Part shown: positions 41,832-51,255 of the stretch, piece by piece | Position numbering within the stretch: position 1 is the first letter of the stretch | How the letters are laid out: every line of letters starts with the position of its first letter | Assembly (NCBI GenBank): GCA_002269645.1 | Contig: NIVC01002517.1 | Span: 62,001-126,000, forward strand | From: Macrostomum lignano | Taxonomy: Eukaryota | Direction of reading: 5' to 3' | DNA: 64,000 nucleotides | Program-made: the position numbers and the translations under genes | The notes under the pieces: generated by a model | Told to the model about the DNA's origin: nothing | The model's database searches: none | What the model saw: only the letters and a program-made list of their open reading frames with translations

Positions 41832-43496
41832 ATGGAAATTCAAGAACTGCCGGAGTCGCCAAAAAGACCGCAACTATGGGTGGCACCCTGCTCTGTGGGT
41901 GGAAATGACAGGACTGGAAGTGGAACTAGAATCCAACGCGGAACCGGAAGCGCTACTAAAATTCAAAGCGGAACCGGAAGCATGGCTGGAATCCAAAGCA
42001 GGGCTGGAAGTCAACCTGTAATCCAAAGCGGAACCGGAAGCGGAGCTGGAGGAATCCAGAGCAGAACCGGAAGTCGACCTGGAATCCAGAGCGGAACCGG
42101 AAGTATGGCTGGAATCCAAAGCGGAACCGGAAGCGGATATGGAGGAATCCAAAGCGGAACTGGAAGCGGATATGGAGGAATCCAAAGCGGAACCGGAAGC
42201 GGATCTGGAGGAACCCAAAGCGGAATCGGAAGCGGATATGGAGGAATCCAAAGCGGAACCGGAAGCGGATCTGGAGGAACCCAAAGCGGAACCGGAAGCG
42301 GATCTGGAGGAATCCAAAGCGGAACTGGAAGCGGATATGGAGGAATCCAAAGCGGAACCGGAAGCGGATCTGGAGGAACCCAAAGCGGAATCGGAAGCGG
42401 ATATGGAGGAATCCAAAGCGGAACCGGAAGCGGATCTGGAGGAACCCAAAGCGGAATCGGAAGCGGATATGGAGGAATCCAGAGCGGAACCGGAAGCGGA
42501 TATGGAGGAATCCAGAGCGGAACCGGAAGAGGAGCTGGAGGAACCCAAACCGGAACCGGAAGCGGATCTGGAGGAACCCAAAGCGGAATCGGAAGCGGAT
42601 CTGGAGGAATCCAAAGCGGAACTGGAAGCGGATATGGAGGAATCCAAAGCGGAACCGGAAGCGGATCTGGAGGAACCCAAAGCGGAATCGGAAGCGGATA
42701 TGGAGGAATCCAAAGCGGAACCGGAAGCGGATCTGGAGGAACCCAAAGCGGAATCGGAAGCGGATATGGAGGAATCCAGAGCGGAACCGGAAGCGGATAT
42801 GGAGGAATCCAGAGCGGAACCGGAAGCGGATCTGGAGGAACCCAAACCGGAACCGGAAGCGGATCTGGAGGAACCCAAACCGGAACCGGAAGTGGACCTG
42901 GAATTCAAGGCAAGACCGGAAAGCAGACCGGAGATGGAACTCAAGCCAGTAGCGACAGCACCACCGAAAGCATCGCTAAAAACTGGTGCGGCATCGGAAG
43001 CGGCACGTCTGCCGCCACAGTTGGCTGCATCGCCGCACTCGGATGCGCGGATATCGAAGCCGGAAATGGCAACGCGGATGCCAGCAGCAGGTGTCAGGCA
43101 CAGCTTAATTGTCAGCCGTTGCAGCAGCAACAGCCGCCGCCGCTGCCGTCGCTGTCCTCCACGCTTAGTCGCGATCGTCGAACTCAGCCGGGCAACGCGC
43201 AGGGCACAACCTATCTGGGCATGTCGCTGATCACCTGCCTGTGCTTCAACTGCCTGCTCGGCTCAGTGGCGGTGGCCCTGTCGCTCAGGTCGCACCGGCT
43301 TCTACTGGCCAGAGACTGGCGTCGGGCCGCCCGGCTGGGCCGGTGGGCGCTGGCCGTCAGCGCGGCCGGCATCCTCAGCAGCATGGCGGCGGTGGCGCTG
43401 CTGTTCACCGAGGCGGGAGGCTTCGGCGGCAGCTTCGGCGTAGCAGGCGGCCGCCAGAACGACGGGGCTTCGGGTATGGCCAGGACCCGGCCATGA
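41832..43496 (+). CDS. CD225/dispanin (PRRT/IFITM-like) membrane protein with an N-terminal Gly/Ser 11-aa repeat, 554 aa as a single ORF
   Basis: C-terminal TYLGMSLITCLCFNCLLGSVAVALS...RDWRRAARLGRWALAVSAAGILS matches the dispanin pattern. The 33-bp repeat (~42050-42900) stays in frame from the ATG. The N-terminal structure is less certain than the domain. Confidence 0.75.
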   Translation: MEIQELPESPKRPQLWVAPCSVGGNDRTGSGTRIQRGTGSATKIQSGTGSMAGIQSRAGSQPVIQSGTGSGAGGIQSRTGSRPGIQSGTGSMAGIQSGTGSGYGGIQSGTGSGYGGIQSGTGSGSGGTQSGIGSGYGGIQSGTGSGSGGTQSGTGSGSGGIQSGTGSGYGGIQSGTGSGSGGTQSGIGSGYGGIQSGTGSGSGGTQSGIGSGYGGIQSGTGSGYGGIQSGTGRGAGGTQTGTGSGSGGTQSGIGSGSGGIQSGTGSGYGGIQSGTGSGSGGTQSGIGSGYGGIQSGTGSGSGGTQSGIGSGYGGIQSGTGSGYGGIQSGTGSGSGGTQTGTGSGSGGTQTGTGSGPGIQGKTGKQTGDGTQASSDSTTESIAKNWCGIGSGTSAATVGCIAALGCADIEAGNGNADASSRCQAQLNCQPLQQQQPPPLPSLSSTLSRDRRTQPGNAQGTTYLGMSLITCLCFNCLLGSVAVALSLRSHRLLLARDWRRAARLGRWALAVSAAGILSSMAAVALLFTEAGGFGGSFGVAGGRQNDGASGMARTRP

Positions 43497-44440
43497 ACTG
43501 TGAAGGGTTTGGCACGGGAGTTCTCGTGCGATTCACAGCCAAGAGGGCCAGTTCCGAGGCCCTGAGAGTGTACATGCCGTTGTACACCCTGTGTGAGCGT
43601 GTCAGTGCGTGCGCTTGAATAAGCTTAATTATACCCATCTTCGTGCTTAAAATAATTTTAAGAGCTTCAGAAATATTAAGGCTAACACTGGATGAAAAAA
43701 ATCTTGTTAGGGTGTCCATAGGCATCTGGTGCCATCTGTTGAAGGTGCCGATGGCGTCTGTGTGATGACGGAATGCTTGAGAGACTAGCTGAGGGTGTCT
43801 AGCGGTTGAGGCTTGCCCACTGTAGAAGCTTGATCAGCGAAACTCGAGAAATTCGCAACAGGGTGTGTTGATGAAATTTGGAGGCTTGGCAAGGCAGCAC
43901 TGAGGCGCACAGGGTTGTATTGAATACACTGGCGCTTGTGGGACAAATCAGACCTTCTGGCAGAATCGTTGAATATCTCGACAGTCCGGAATGCTGGCGA
44001 CTTGATTCTTATTTGAGAAGCTGTGCAATAAAAGTTTGCGCGTACTCTTGAATTTTTTGTGCGCTTGCAGTGCTCCGTTCCGACGTAGCAAAAAGCCATA
44101 ATAAATAAAATAAATAAATATGCGAGCCAATCTGTAATACGATTGACAGCTTGAAAACCAGTCCAGTAATTATTGCACTTAACAAACAAAAACAAGAAAC
44201 AATTTTTTATTAGTATAGAAAAAATTGATTAGAAGAGAAATATGAAGAAAAGGCTGAATTTACACTACAGCAGTGCCAGACTAGCATCAGAATTCGATTT
44301 GCGAGGTACAAATAGAGGTCAGTAGTAAATGAAGAAAACAATTTCTTAGTATAATTTAAAGCAAGCTCTCTCGCCAGAGAAAAAAAATCGATTTTTGTTA
44401 GAGAGAAACAGCTGTTTCAGATGGTCAGATAAGCACGCAA

Positions 44441-45063
44441 AGGGGCGTAACCAGGAAGCCACATCATCTGTGGGAGCGTCAAATCATTACTGGGTCTAAT
44501 CTCAAGCCAGGAGCTTTAGCACCAGAGGCTTTAGCACAGCAGCGCCAGCACCGGGCTTTAGCACCAGGGGCTTTAGCACCAGGGGCTTTAGCACCAGAGG
44601 CTTTAGCACCAGAGGCTTTAGCACAGCAGCGCCAGCACCGGGCTTTAGCACCAGGGGCTTTAGCACCAGAGGCTTTAGCACAGCAGCGCCAGCACCGGGC
44701 TTTAGCACCAGGGGCTTTAGCACCAGAGGCTTTAGCACCAGAGGCTTTAGCACCAGAGGCTTTAGCACGGCAGCGCCAGCACCGGGCTTTAGCACCAGGG
44801 GCTTTAGCACCAGAGGCTTTAGCACCAGAGGCTTTAGCACAGCAGCGCCAGCACCGGGCTTTAGCACCAGGGGCTTTAGCACCAGAGGCTTTAGCACCAG
44901 AGGCTTTAGCACGGCAGCGCCAGCACCGGGCTTTAGCACCAGGGGCTTTAGCACCAGAGGCTTTCGCACAGCAGCGCCAGCACCGGGCTTTAGCACCAGG
45001 GGCTTTAGCAAAAGGGGCGCCGTTTGAGGGGGCGCCAGCAACTTGGCCCTTGGCTACGCCTCT
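44441..45063. mobile_element. MITE-like element with imperfect GGGGCGTA-type TIRs, enclosing a 15-bp minisatellite
   Basis: AGGGGCGTAACCAGG (44441-44455) versus CCTTGGCTACGCCTCT (45048-45063); interior GGCTTTAGCACCAG(A/G) array at 44512-45010. No TSD found. Confidence 0.45.
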
Positions 45064-45372
45064 AGGAATACTTACATGTAATCTAATCATCTACTTGACT
45101 AAGTGTAAATATTTAAACTACATAATTACTTCACTGTTTGTCTAAAACAAGGAATAATACGCTTTACATTCGCCTCTCGCTACTTGCGAGTTAGCAATCA
45201 AGGACTGACAGTTGGGCAAGAAAACCCTCAACCAGAAAATTTGCGAGTAGGCGTGATAAAAATACATATTAAAATAGTAAAATAAAATCTTTTAAAATAA
45301 AAGCTGACGCAATTCGACGTGGGAGCTGCAATAAACAAACATTGCTACTAACAGTAGCTGAATTCGACTGAG

Positions 45373-48300
45373 TCAAAGCGACTGAAATACGTTATACTTC
45401 TCAGAGAAAGAGACTGCGCTCATTTTGACTTGATTTCGGCGATTCTGCCCGATCCGGGCGCGCATGTCGGCCAGGCTGACATTGCCGAGCGGGTCAGCGC
45501 CGGTGGTCGGCGCGGCCGGCGGCGGCAGCTGCGACGGGGCGGACTTTTGTGGTAACGGTGCAGCTCTGAGAGACTGCGGCTGGCTCTCCTGCTGCTGAAT
45601 GAGGCAGTTTAGAGAGGTTATGAGATGTTTGCCCAGGCTGGGGGTATGGGAAGTTCGCCTGGCAACTGAGGATCTGGGAGGCTGGCCTAGCAACTGAAAA
45701 TCTGGCAGGCTGGCACAGCAACTGATGATCTCGGAGGCTGGCCCAGCAACTGAGGATCTGGGAAGGAGGTTGGCGCAGCAACCGAGGATGTGGGAGGCTG
45801 TCCCAGCAACTGAGGATCTGGTAGGCTGGCTCAGCAAATGAGGATCTGGTAGGCTGGCTCAGCAAATGAGGATCTGGTAGGCTGGTTCAGCAACTGAGAA
45901 TCTGGGAGGCTGGCACAGCAACTGAGGATCTGGTAGGCTGGCTCAGCAAATGAGAATCTGGGAGGCTGGCACAGCAACTGAGGATCTGGGAGGCTGGCAC
46001 AGCAACTGAGGATCTGGGAGGCTGGCCCAGCAACTGAGGATCTGGGAGGCTGGCACAGCAACTGAGGATCTGGTAGGCTGGCACAGCAACTGAGGATCTG
46101 GTAGGCTGGCACAGCAACTGAGGATCTGGGAGGCTGGCACAGCAACTGAGGATCTGGGAGGCTGGCACAGCAACTGAGGATCTGGGAGGCTGTCCCAGCA
46201 AATGAGGATCTGGTAGGCTGGCACAGCAACTGAGGATCTGGTAGGCTGGCACAGCAACTGAGGATCTGGGAGGCTGGCACAGCAACTGAGGATCTGGGAG
46301 GCTGGCACAGCAACTGAGGATCTGGGAGGCTGGCACAGCAACTGAGGATCTGGGAGGCTGGCTGGCACAGCAACTGAGGATCTGGGAGGCTGGCACAGCA
46401 ACTGAGAATCTGGGAGGCTGGCACAGCAACTGAGAATCTGGAAGGCTGGCACAGCAACTGAGGATCTGGGAGGCTGGCACAGCAACTGAGGATCTGGGAG
46501 GCTGGCACAGCAACTGAGGATCTGGGAGGGCCAGCGAGTGCAAGCAGCCAGCAGGCTCACCGGCGCCTCAGCAGACTGAACAGATGCGCTGTCGCTGGCC
46601 GCGGCGCAGTCGGCGTTGCCGCTGTCCTTCTCTGCCGACATGCTGGCCTCGACGGGCCGGCGGTCGGGCGTGACGCAACGAACAACGCCGGGCACGGCGG
46701 AGCTGAGCTGCAGGCCGGCTTGCCGGAAGCGCCGGAGCGACTGCGGGCTGCAGACGAACAGGTCGACCCGGCCCGGCTGCGCCTTCACCCGGCTGACCAC
46801 CGTGGCGTGCGAGGCGTCTTCTGTGAGGGGGGCAGTGCAATTTGTTAGACAGGGTATGACAGTCTGTTAGACAGGGTAGATAGAAGCCTGTTAGACAGGG
46901 TGTATAGAAGTCTGTTAGACAGGATATAGAAATGAGGCAGCTTGTTATAAATCATCTATATTACTTATAGCAGTAGCTAATCGCAACTTTTTATCCTGGC
47001 CAATCAGCAAATTTCTTCCCCTTTTTGTTTAAATTACAGGTTTGTTAAAACGATACTTTGTTAAAAATTCCTTTTTATTTTTGTTTAAATGTCTTATGTT
47101 CACCCCCCCTCCTTTGTCAACGATTATATAAAGAGACAACTTGGACCGCCAAATATACAACTCGCGCTCACCCTCGTTTCTCAACTAAAAACTCAATAAC
47201 TCTTAGCGATTGGAGTGTTCAACCTTAAACTTCCGCTAAGACTTGTTTTCGCTTTTTTATTTATTGAATAGGGAAACTTGAGGTCGTGGAGACCAAGAAT
47301 TAGGGATCTGAATAGGGAAACTTGAGGTCGTGGAGACCAAGAATTAGGGATCTGAATAGGGAAACTTGAGGTCGTGGAGACCAAGAATTAGGGATCTGAA
47401 TAGGGAAACTTGAGGTCGTGGAGACCAAGAATTAGGGATCTGAATAGGGAAACTTGAGGTCGTGGAGACCAAGAATTAGGGATTTAAATAGGGAAACTTG
47501 AGGTCGTGGAGACCAAGAATTAGGGATTTAAATAGGGAAACTTGAGGTCGTGGAGACCAAGAATTAGGGATTTAAATAGGGAAACTTGAGGTCGTGGAGA
47601 CCAAGAATTAGGGATTTAAATAGGGAAACTTGAGGTCGTGGAGACCAAGAATTAGGGATTTAAATAGGGAAACTTGAGGTCGTGGAGACCAAGAATTAGG
47701 GATTTAAATAGGGAAACTTGAGGTCGTGGAGACCAAGAATTAGGGATTTAAATAGGGAAACTTGAGGTCGTGGAGACCAAGAATTAGGGATCTGAATAGG
47801 GAAACTTGAGGTCGTGGAGACCAAGCATAGAAACCTGAGTAGGGAGATCGAGATCGTATAGATCTTAAGAAAGCCGTGCGGGCTAATAATAGACATTAAG
47901 GATTAGGCATTAGGAATAGTTTAGCTACTGCTGGACACCCTTGATCCTCGGAAAACGCTAGACTTTCGGACTAAAACTAGGGAATTAGACAGTGTCTTAC
48001 CGCTCGGGCACTACACGCTATCACAAGGTTTCCAAGAAATCGTGTGAAATTAGAGAAAGGTCATAGTTTAGGGCAGCCAATACCACTAGAAATAGACAGC
48101 TTAGTGATAAGAACCAGAAAGTCTGTAAAGATTCAGTAGCTTTAAGGTGAAATTGCAGTTAGGAACGATTACGTCGGCGACACTTGGTGGGATATCGAAG
48201 AAGAAGGAAACACGTCTGTGACAGAAATCTGTTAGAAAGTTTACATACATCTATAGATCTTTTTGCCAAGTGTATTTAGGAACCCATCAGACACTACTAT

Positions 48301-49372
48301 TCTAATATTTGACCTTGATTGGAAGCAATTAAAAATAGAACTATTGGTATAGTATATAAACAAAAGCAACTTATAACAAGTTTTTCTGGGCAGAAATTAG
48401 TTTCATTGATTTTAGTTCATAAAAATGATCATTGGGTACTAGACACAATTACATGCTTCATTCTAGGTAGTAATTTTAGGAATCTATCTCCAAAATTTGG
48501 CAGCTCTCTACTTGCCATGAATACATATTTAGATAACTATATTATACTGTCTAAAGTTATATTTTACTTCTAGATTGTAATTTAGTATGCAAACTAAAAC
48601 TATGTATTTGCATATCAAGTATTTTGCAATATTTGCAGTCAATTAGGTTTTAGGAAAAAGCTTCTCCAACTATATCTATATTAACACTCATTAAGTAGTG
48701 TTATACTGGGCCTACTTAAAATTTGTTGAAGCTTAATAATTGCCATCAGCATCAGATATAGCTATTTTATTATGTATCAATACATTTTGTAGCAAAAAAG
48801 AACAATACTCAATAATGACAAAACACAACAATTTTTAGATAAAATAGATACCATCATATCATAATAAATAAATATCATCATATACACCATATTATATAAA
48901 AACCCAGTCAAATAATTGCAATTTCTCTGTCCTTGATTACCATTAAAATATATAATATATCTTGAAAATCAATCAGCTCAAGGTTATTACTGAAAGTAAT
49001 TATTTTTGTTTAAAGTAAAGCAAAGTAAAACAAACAACAATAAGATAAATAATACATGTAAACAAATTTTCACAAGAACAGCATACTGAAAATTTGAATA
49101 AAAACAGTGTAAGCTATATTGGATATCTCGAAAAGTAGTTGTCAATAAACTAAGCAATAATGAATATACTTACCAACATTTATTCCATTGACTTCAATCA
49201 CAATATCATTTGCTCGCAGACCACCAAGAGCAGCTGGAGACAGAGGATCAACTTTGCCAATAAACTGCCCTGTCTTCCCCTTCTCTGCATGAAGATTGAA
49301 TCCATAACCAGCAAAGTCATCCCACTTTCTAAGCATGCATAGTCGTGGCTTCTGGTTTTCAGGAACATTCAT
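45373..49372 (-). CDS. NHERF1: NHERF/EBP50 (Sip1-like) single-PDZ scaffold, ~226 aa
   Basis: Exons 49372-49174, 46820-46561 and 45594-45373 (phases 1 and 0). PDZ reads [71 protein letters not shown]; the C-terminus SFSEKYNVFQSL* resembles the ERM-binding tail. Confidence 0.88.
45655..46530. repeat. 28-bp minisatellite filling NHERF intron 2
   Basis: Unit GGAGGCTGGCACAGCAACTGAGGATCTG. Confidence 0.97.
47265..47826. repeat. 44-bp tandem repeat in NHERF intron 1 (~13 copies)
   Basis: Unit AATAGGGAAACTTGAGGTCGTGGAGACCAAGAATTAGGGAT(CTG/TTA); no spacers. Confidence 0.98.
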
Positions 49373-49535
49373 TGATTCGATGGCGTCTTTGAAAACAAAA
49401 ATCGATGTTTATGCTTCCATTAAAATTAAAGTATTATGAGTAGTAGGACTAGGAGTAGTAGGATTAGGAGCAGTATCAAAACATGTAAAATTGCAAAAAC
49501 ACAGACAAAAATAACAAAAAGGACAGAATACAGAC

Positions 49536-50002
49536 TTTATATAAAATAATATAATGAAATAGGTTACTCAAATGTATGTTGGTGTATGAGTGTGAATTCG
49601 ACTTCGACAGGGAAACAAAATGCAGCTTCTTTGAAAATTGATTTTTTAATTTATATGTGCACGATAACTTACGTAATTTTCAAATCCGTCGGGTTATATG
49701 GTCAACTATATCTATCAGACTGGAGAGCTTGTCTTTAATGCATTATCTTTTAGTGCATTCAAATTATATAGTTTGATGATAAATATACAATAATTTTTCA
49801 TAGAAATGGATAGATTCGAGCAAACACGCATCGTGAATATTATCCGACGAAGTTAAAACGCAATAATAATAATAGACATCTCAAAGCTGTACGTACATGT
49901 GCCTGTGAAAACCGTGAGAAGGGAAATTCGAACCAATGTTAATTATATACATGATTGATTTTTTGCTGAAAATGCTGTTGCGAGTTACTGGCGCCCTACT
50001 AG
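49536..50002 (+). mobile_element. Possible degenerate non-autonomous Helitron-like element
   Basis: AT-rich start followed by a TGTATG-like tract and ending in CTAG (49999-50002); the hairpin and A^T target are not convincing. Confidence 0.25.
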
Positions 50003-50102
50003 ACAAACTAGACAAACAGTCTTTGCAGTCTTAATTTATTTGCGGTAAAGTTGCGCGTCTCAGAAAAAGTAGAATTAAGAAGGTGAGCGCTATCATTTTT
50101 TA

Positions 50103-50141
50103 TGCGACATGTTTCGCCTCGCGTCAGGCATCGTCAGGCTC
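50103..50141 (-). ncRNA. Minimal type-I hammerhead ribozyme, sense to the Penelope ORF
   Basis: GC-CUGACGA-U-GCCU(GACGCG)AGGC-GAAA-CAUG-UC^GC: intact core, 4-bp stem II, palindromic ACAUGU stem III. Predicted cut between 50106 and 50105. Confidence 0.85.
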
Positions 50142-50283
50142 TTAAAATCAGTAACGATTTATTTGTTCATTTATATTTAACAATTAAGACTAAGAACGGG
50201 TCGATAAAAGTCAGAAATGTATGTAAATTAACAGTAGATTGTACAGTCCGACGGAGCGCTCACAGAGTTGCAATGAGGGGAGA

Positions 50284-50361
<78 letters not shown>

Positions 50362-50386
50362 GAGTGAGATGAGCACAAGTGTACAC

Positions 50387-50995
50387 CTAGAATACTCTAA
50401 GGAGGGCACTGGCACCGTGATTGGCAAGTTGCTTATTTAGGATTGGTCTACGCGATTTTATATACAGGGCTTCAAGCACTTTTAGTCTGTACTCATTTGA
50501 GCACGTATGGATGGTGGAAAAGTTTTTATCTATTTGGCTGTCACAGCATTCTTTGCATATCATCAGGTGGTCGTGCACGGCCGACATCTTTTGCCTATGT
50601 TCTCTACTTCTCACGTACAGGTGTCGGGTAGTTTCACCTATGTAGGTGATACTCTGGTCGCCAGAGCATTGAAATTGGTAAACGACACCTGCCCGTAAGG
50701 AGCTGGGAACGCGGCATTTCAAATTCTTAACAAAACGACCGATTTTCTCGCAACGGAAAGTGACCATGAGCTTCACATTTAAATACTTATTAAACGCTCT
50801 GATGAGGTTCTTTTTAAAATGAACAGAAGAAGCAGGCCCATAGAAAGGAATGGAGATATGGGTGCAATCAATCCTCAGATCTTTCTGTTCTTTCTTATTC
50901 TGTCTATTGTTAGGATTCGCGAGTTTACCATCAATGAATTTCCTAATGTGGTAATCGAGGAACCGTTTCGGGTAGTTGTTTTTTTCATATAAATC
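50387..50995 (-). pseudogene. Penelope polyprotein C-terminal fragment: end of RT thumb plus GIY-YIG endonuclease
   Basis: NNYP..F; VVYQFQC...YIGETTRHLYVRSREH; LEALYIK..RPILNKQ. The RT catalytic core is absent. Confidence 0.9.
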
Positions 50996-51021
50996 AACAA
51001 ATAAATCGTTACTAATTTTAA

Positions 51022-51060
51022 GAGCCTGACGATGCCTGACGCGAGGCGAAACATGTCGCA
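51022..51060 (+). ncRNA. Minimal type-I hammerhead ribozyme in the inverted pseudo-LTR
   Basis: Identical core: CTGACGA 51026-51032, GAAA 51048-51051, GTC 51055-51057. Confidence 0.85.
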
Positions 51061-51092
51061 TAAAAAATGATAGCGATCACCTTCTTAATTCT

Positions 51093-51255
51093 AATTTATT
51101 TGCAGTCTTAATTTATTTGCAGTCTTAATTTATTTGCAGTCTTAATTTATTTGCAGTCTTAATTTATTTGCAGTCTTAATTTATTTGCAGTCTTAATTTA
51201 TTTGCAGTCTTAATTTATTTGCAGTCTTAATTTATTTGCAGTCTTAATTTATTTG
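51093..51255. repeat. 17-bp tandem repeat (~9.5 copies) abutting the Penelope element
   Basis: Unit AATTTATTTGCAGTCTT. Confidence 0.98.

Larger units (their letters stand above)
50044..51093 (-). mobile_element. 5'-truncated Penelope-like retroelement with an inverted pseudo-LTR
   Basis: A 98-bp inverted repeat (50070-50167 / 50996-51093) brackets a GIY-YIG coding fragment. There is a (GA)n tract in the 3' UTR, and TAATTTATTTGC flanks both sides. Confidence 0.92.

Noticed and set aside
42139-43230. Acidic (EESKAEPEAD)n frame as the true dispanin N-terminus
   Set aside because: It has an upstream in-frame stop, and the only nearby donor (43091, phase 1) does not match the phase-0 acceptors at 43115-43133.
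47265-47826. CRISPR-like appearance of the 44-bp array (also the 50-, 29- and 39-bp arrays)
   Set aside because: Units are contiguous with no unique spacers, there are no cas genes, and the context is a eukaryotic intron.
46943-48200. LTR retrotransposon remnant (TG start, TATA-like motif, TGG after ...GACA)
   Set aside because: No second LTR, TSD, valid tRNA primer-binding site or gag/pol fragment.
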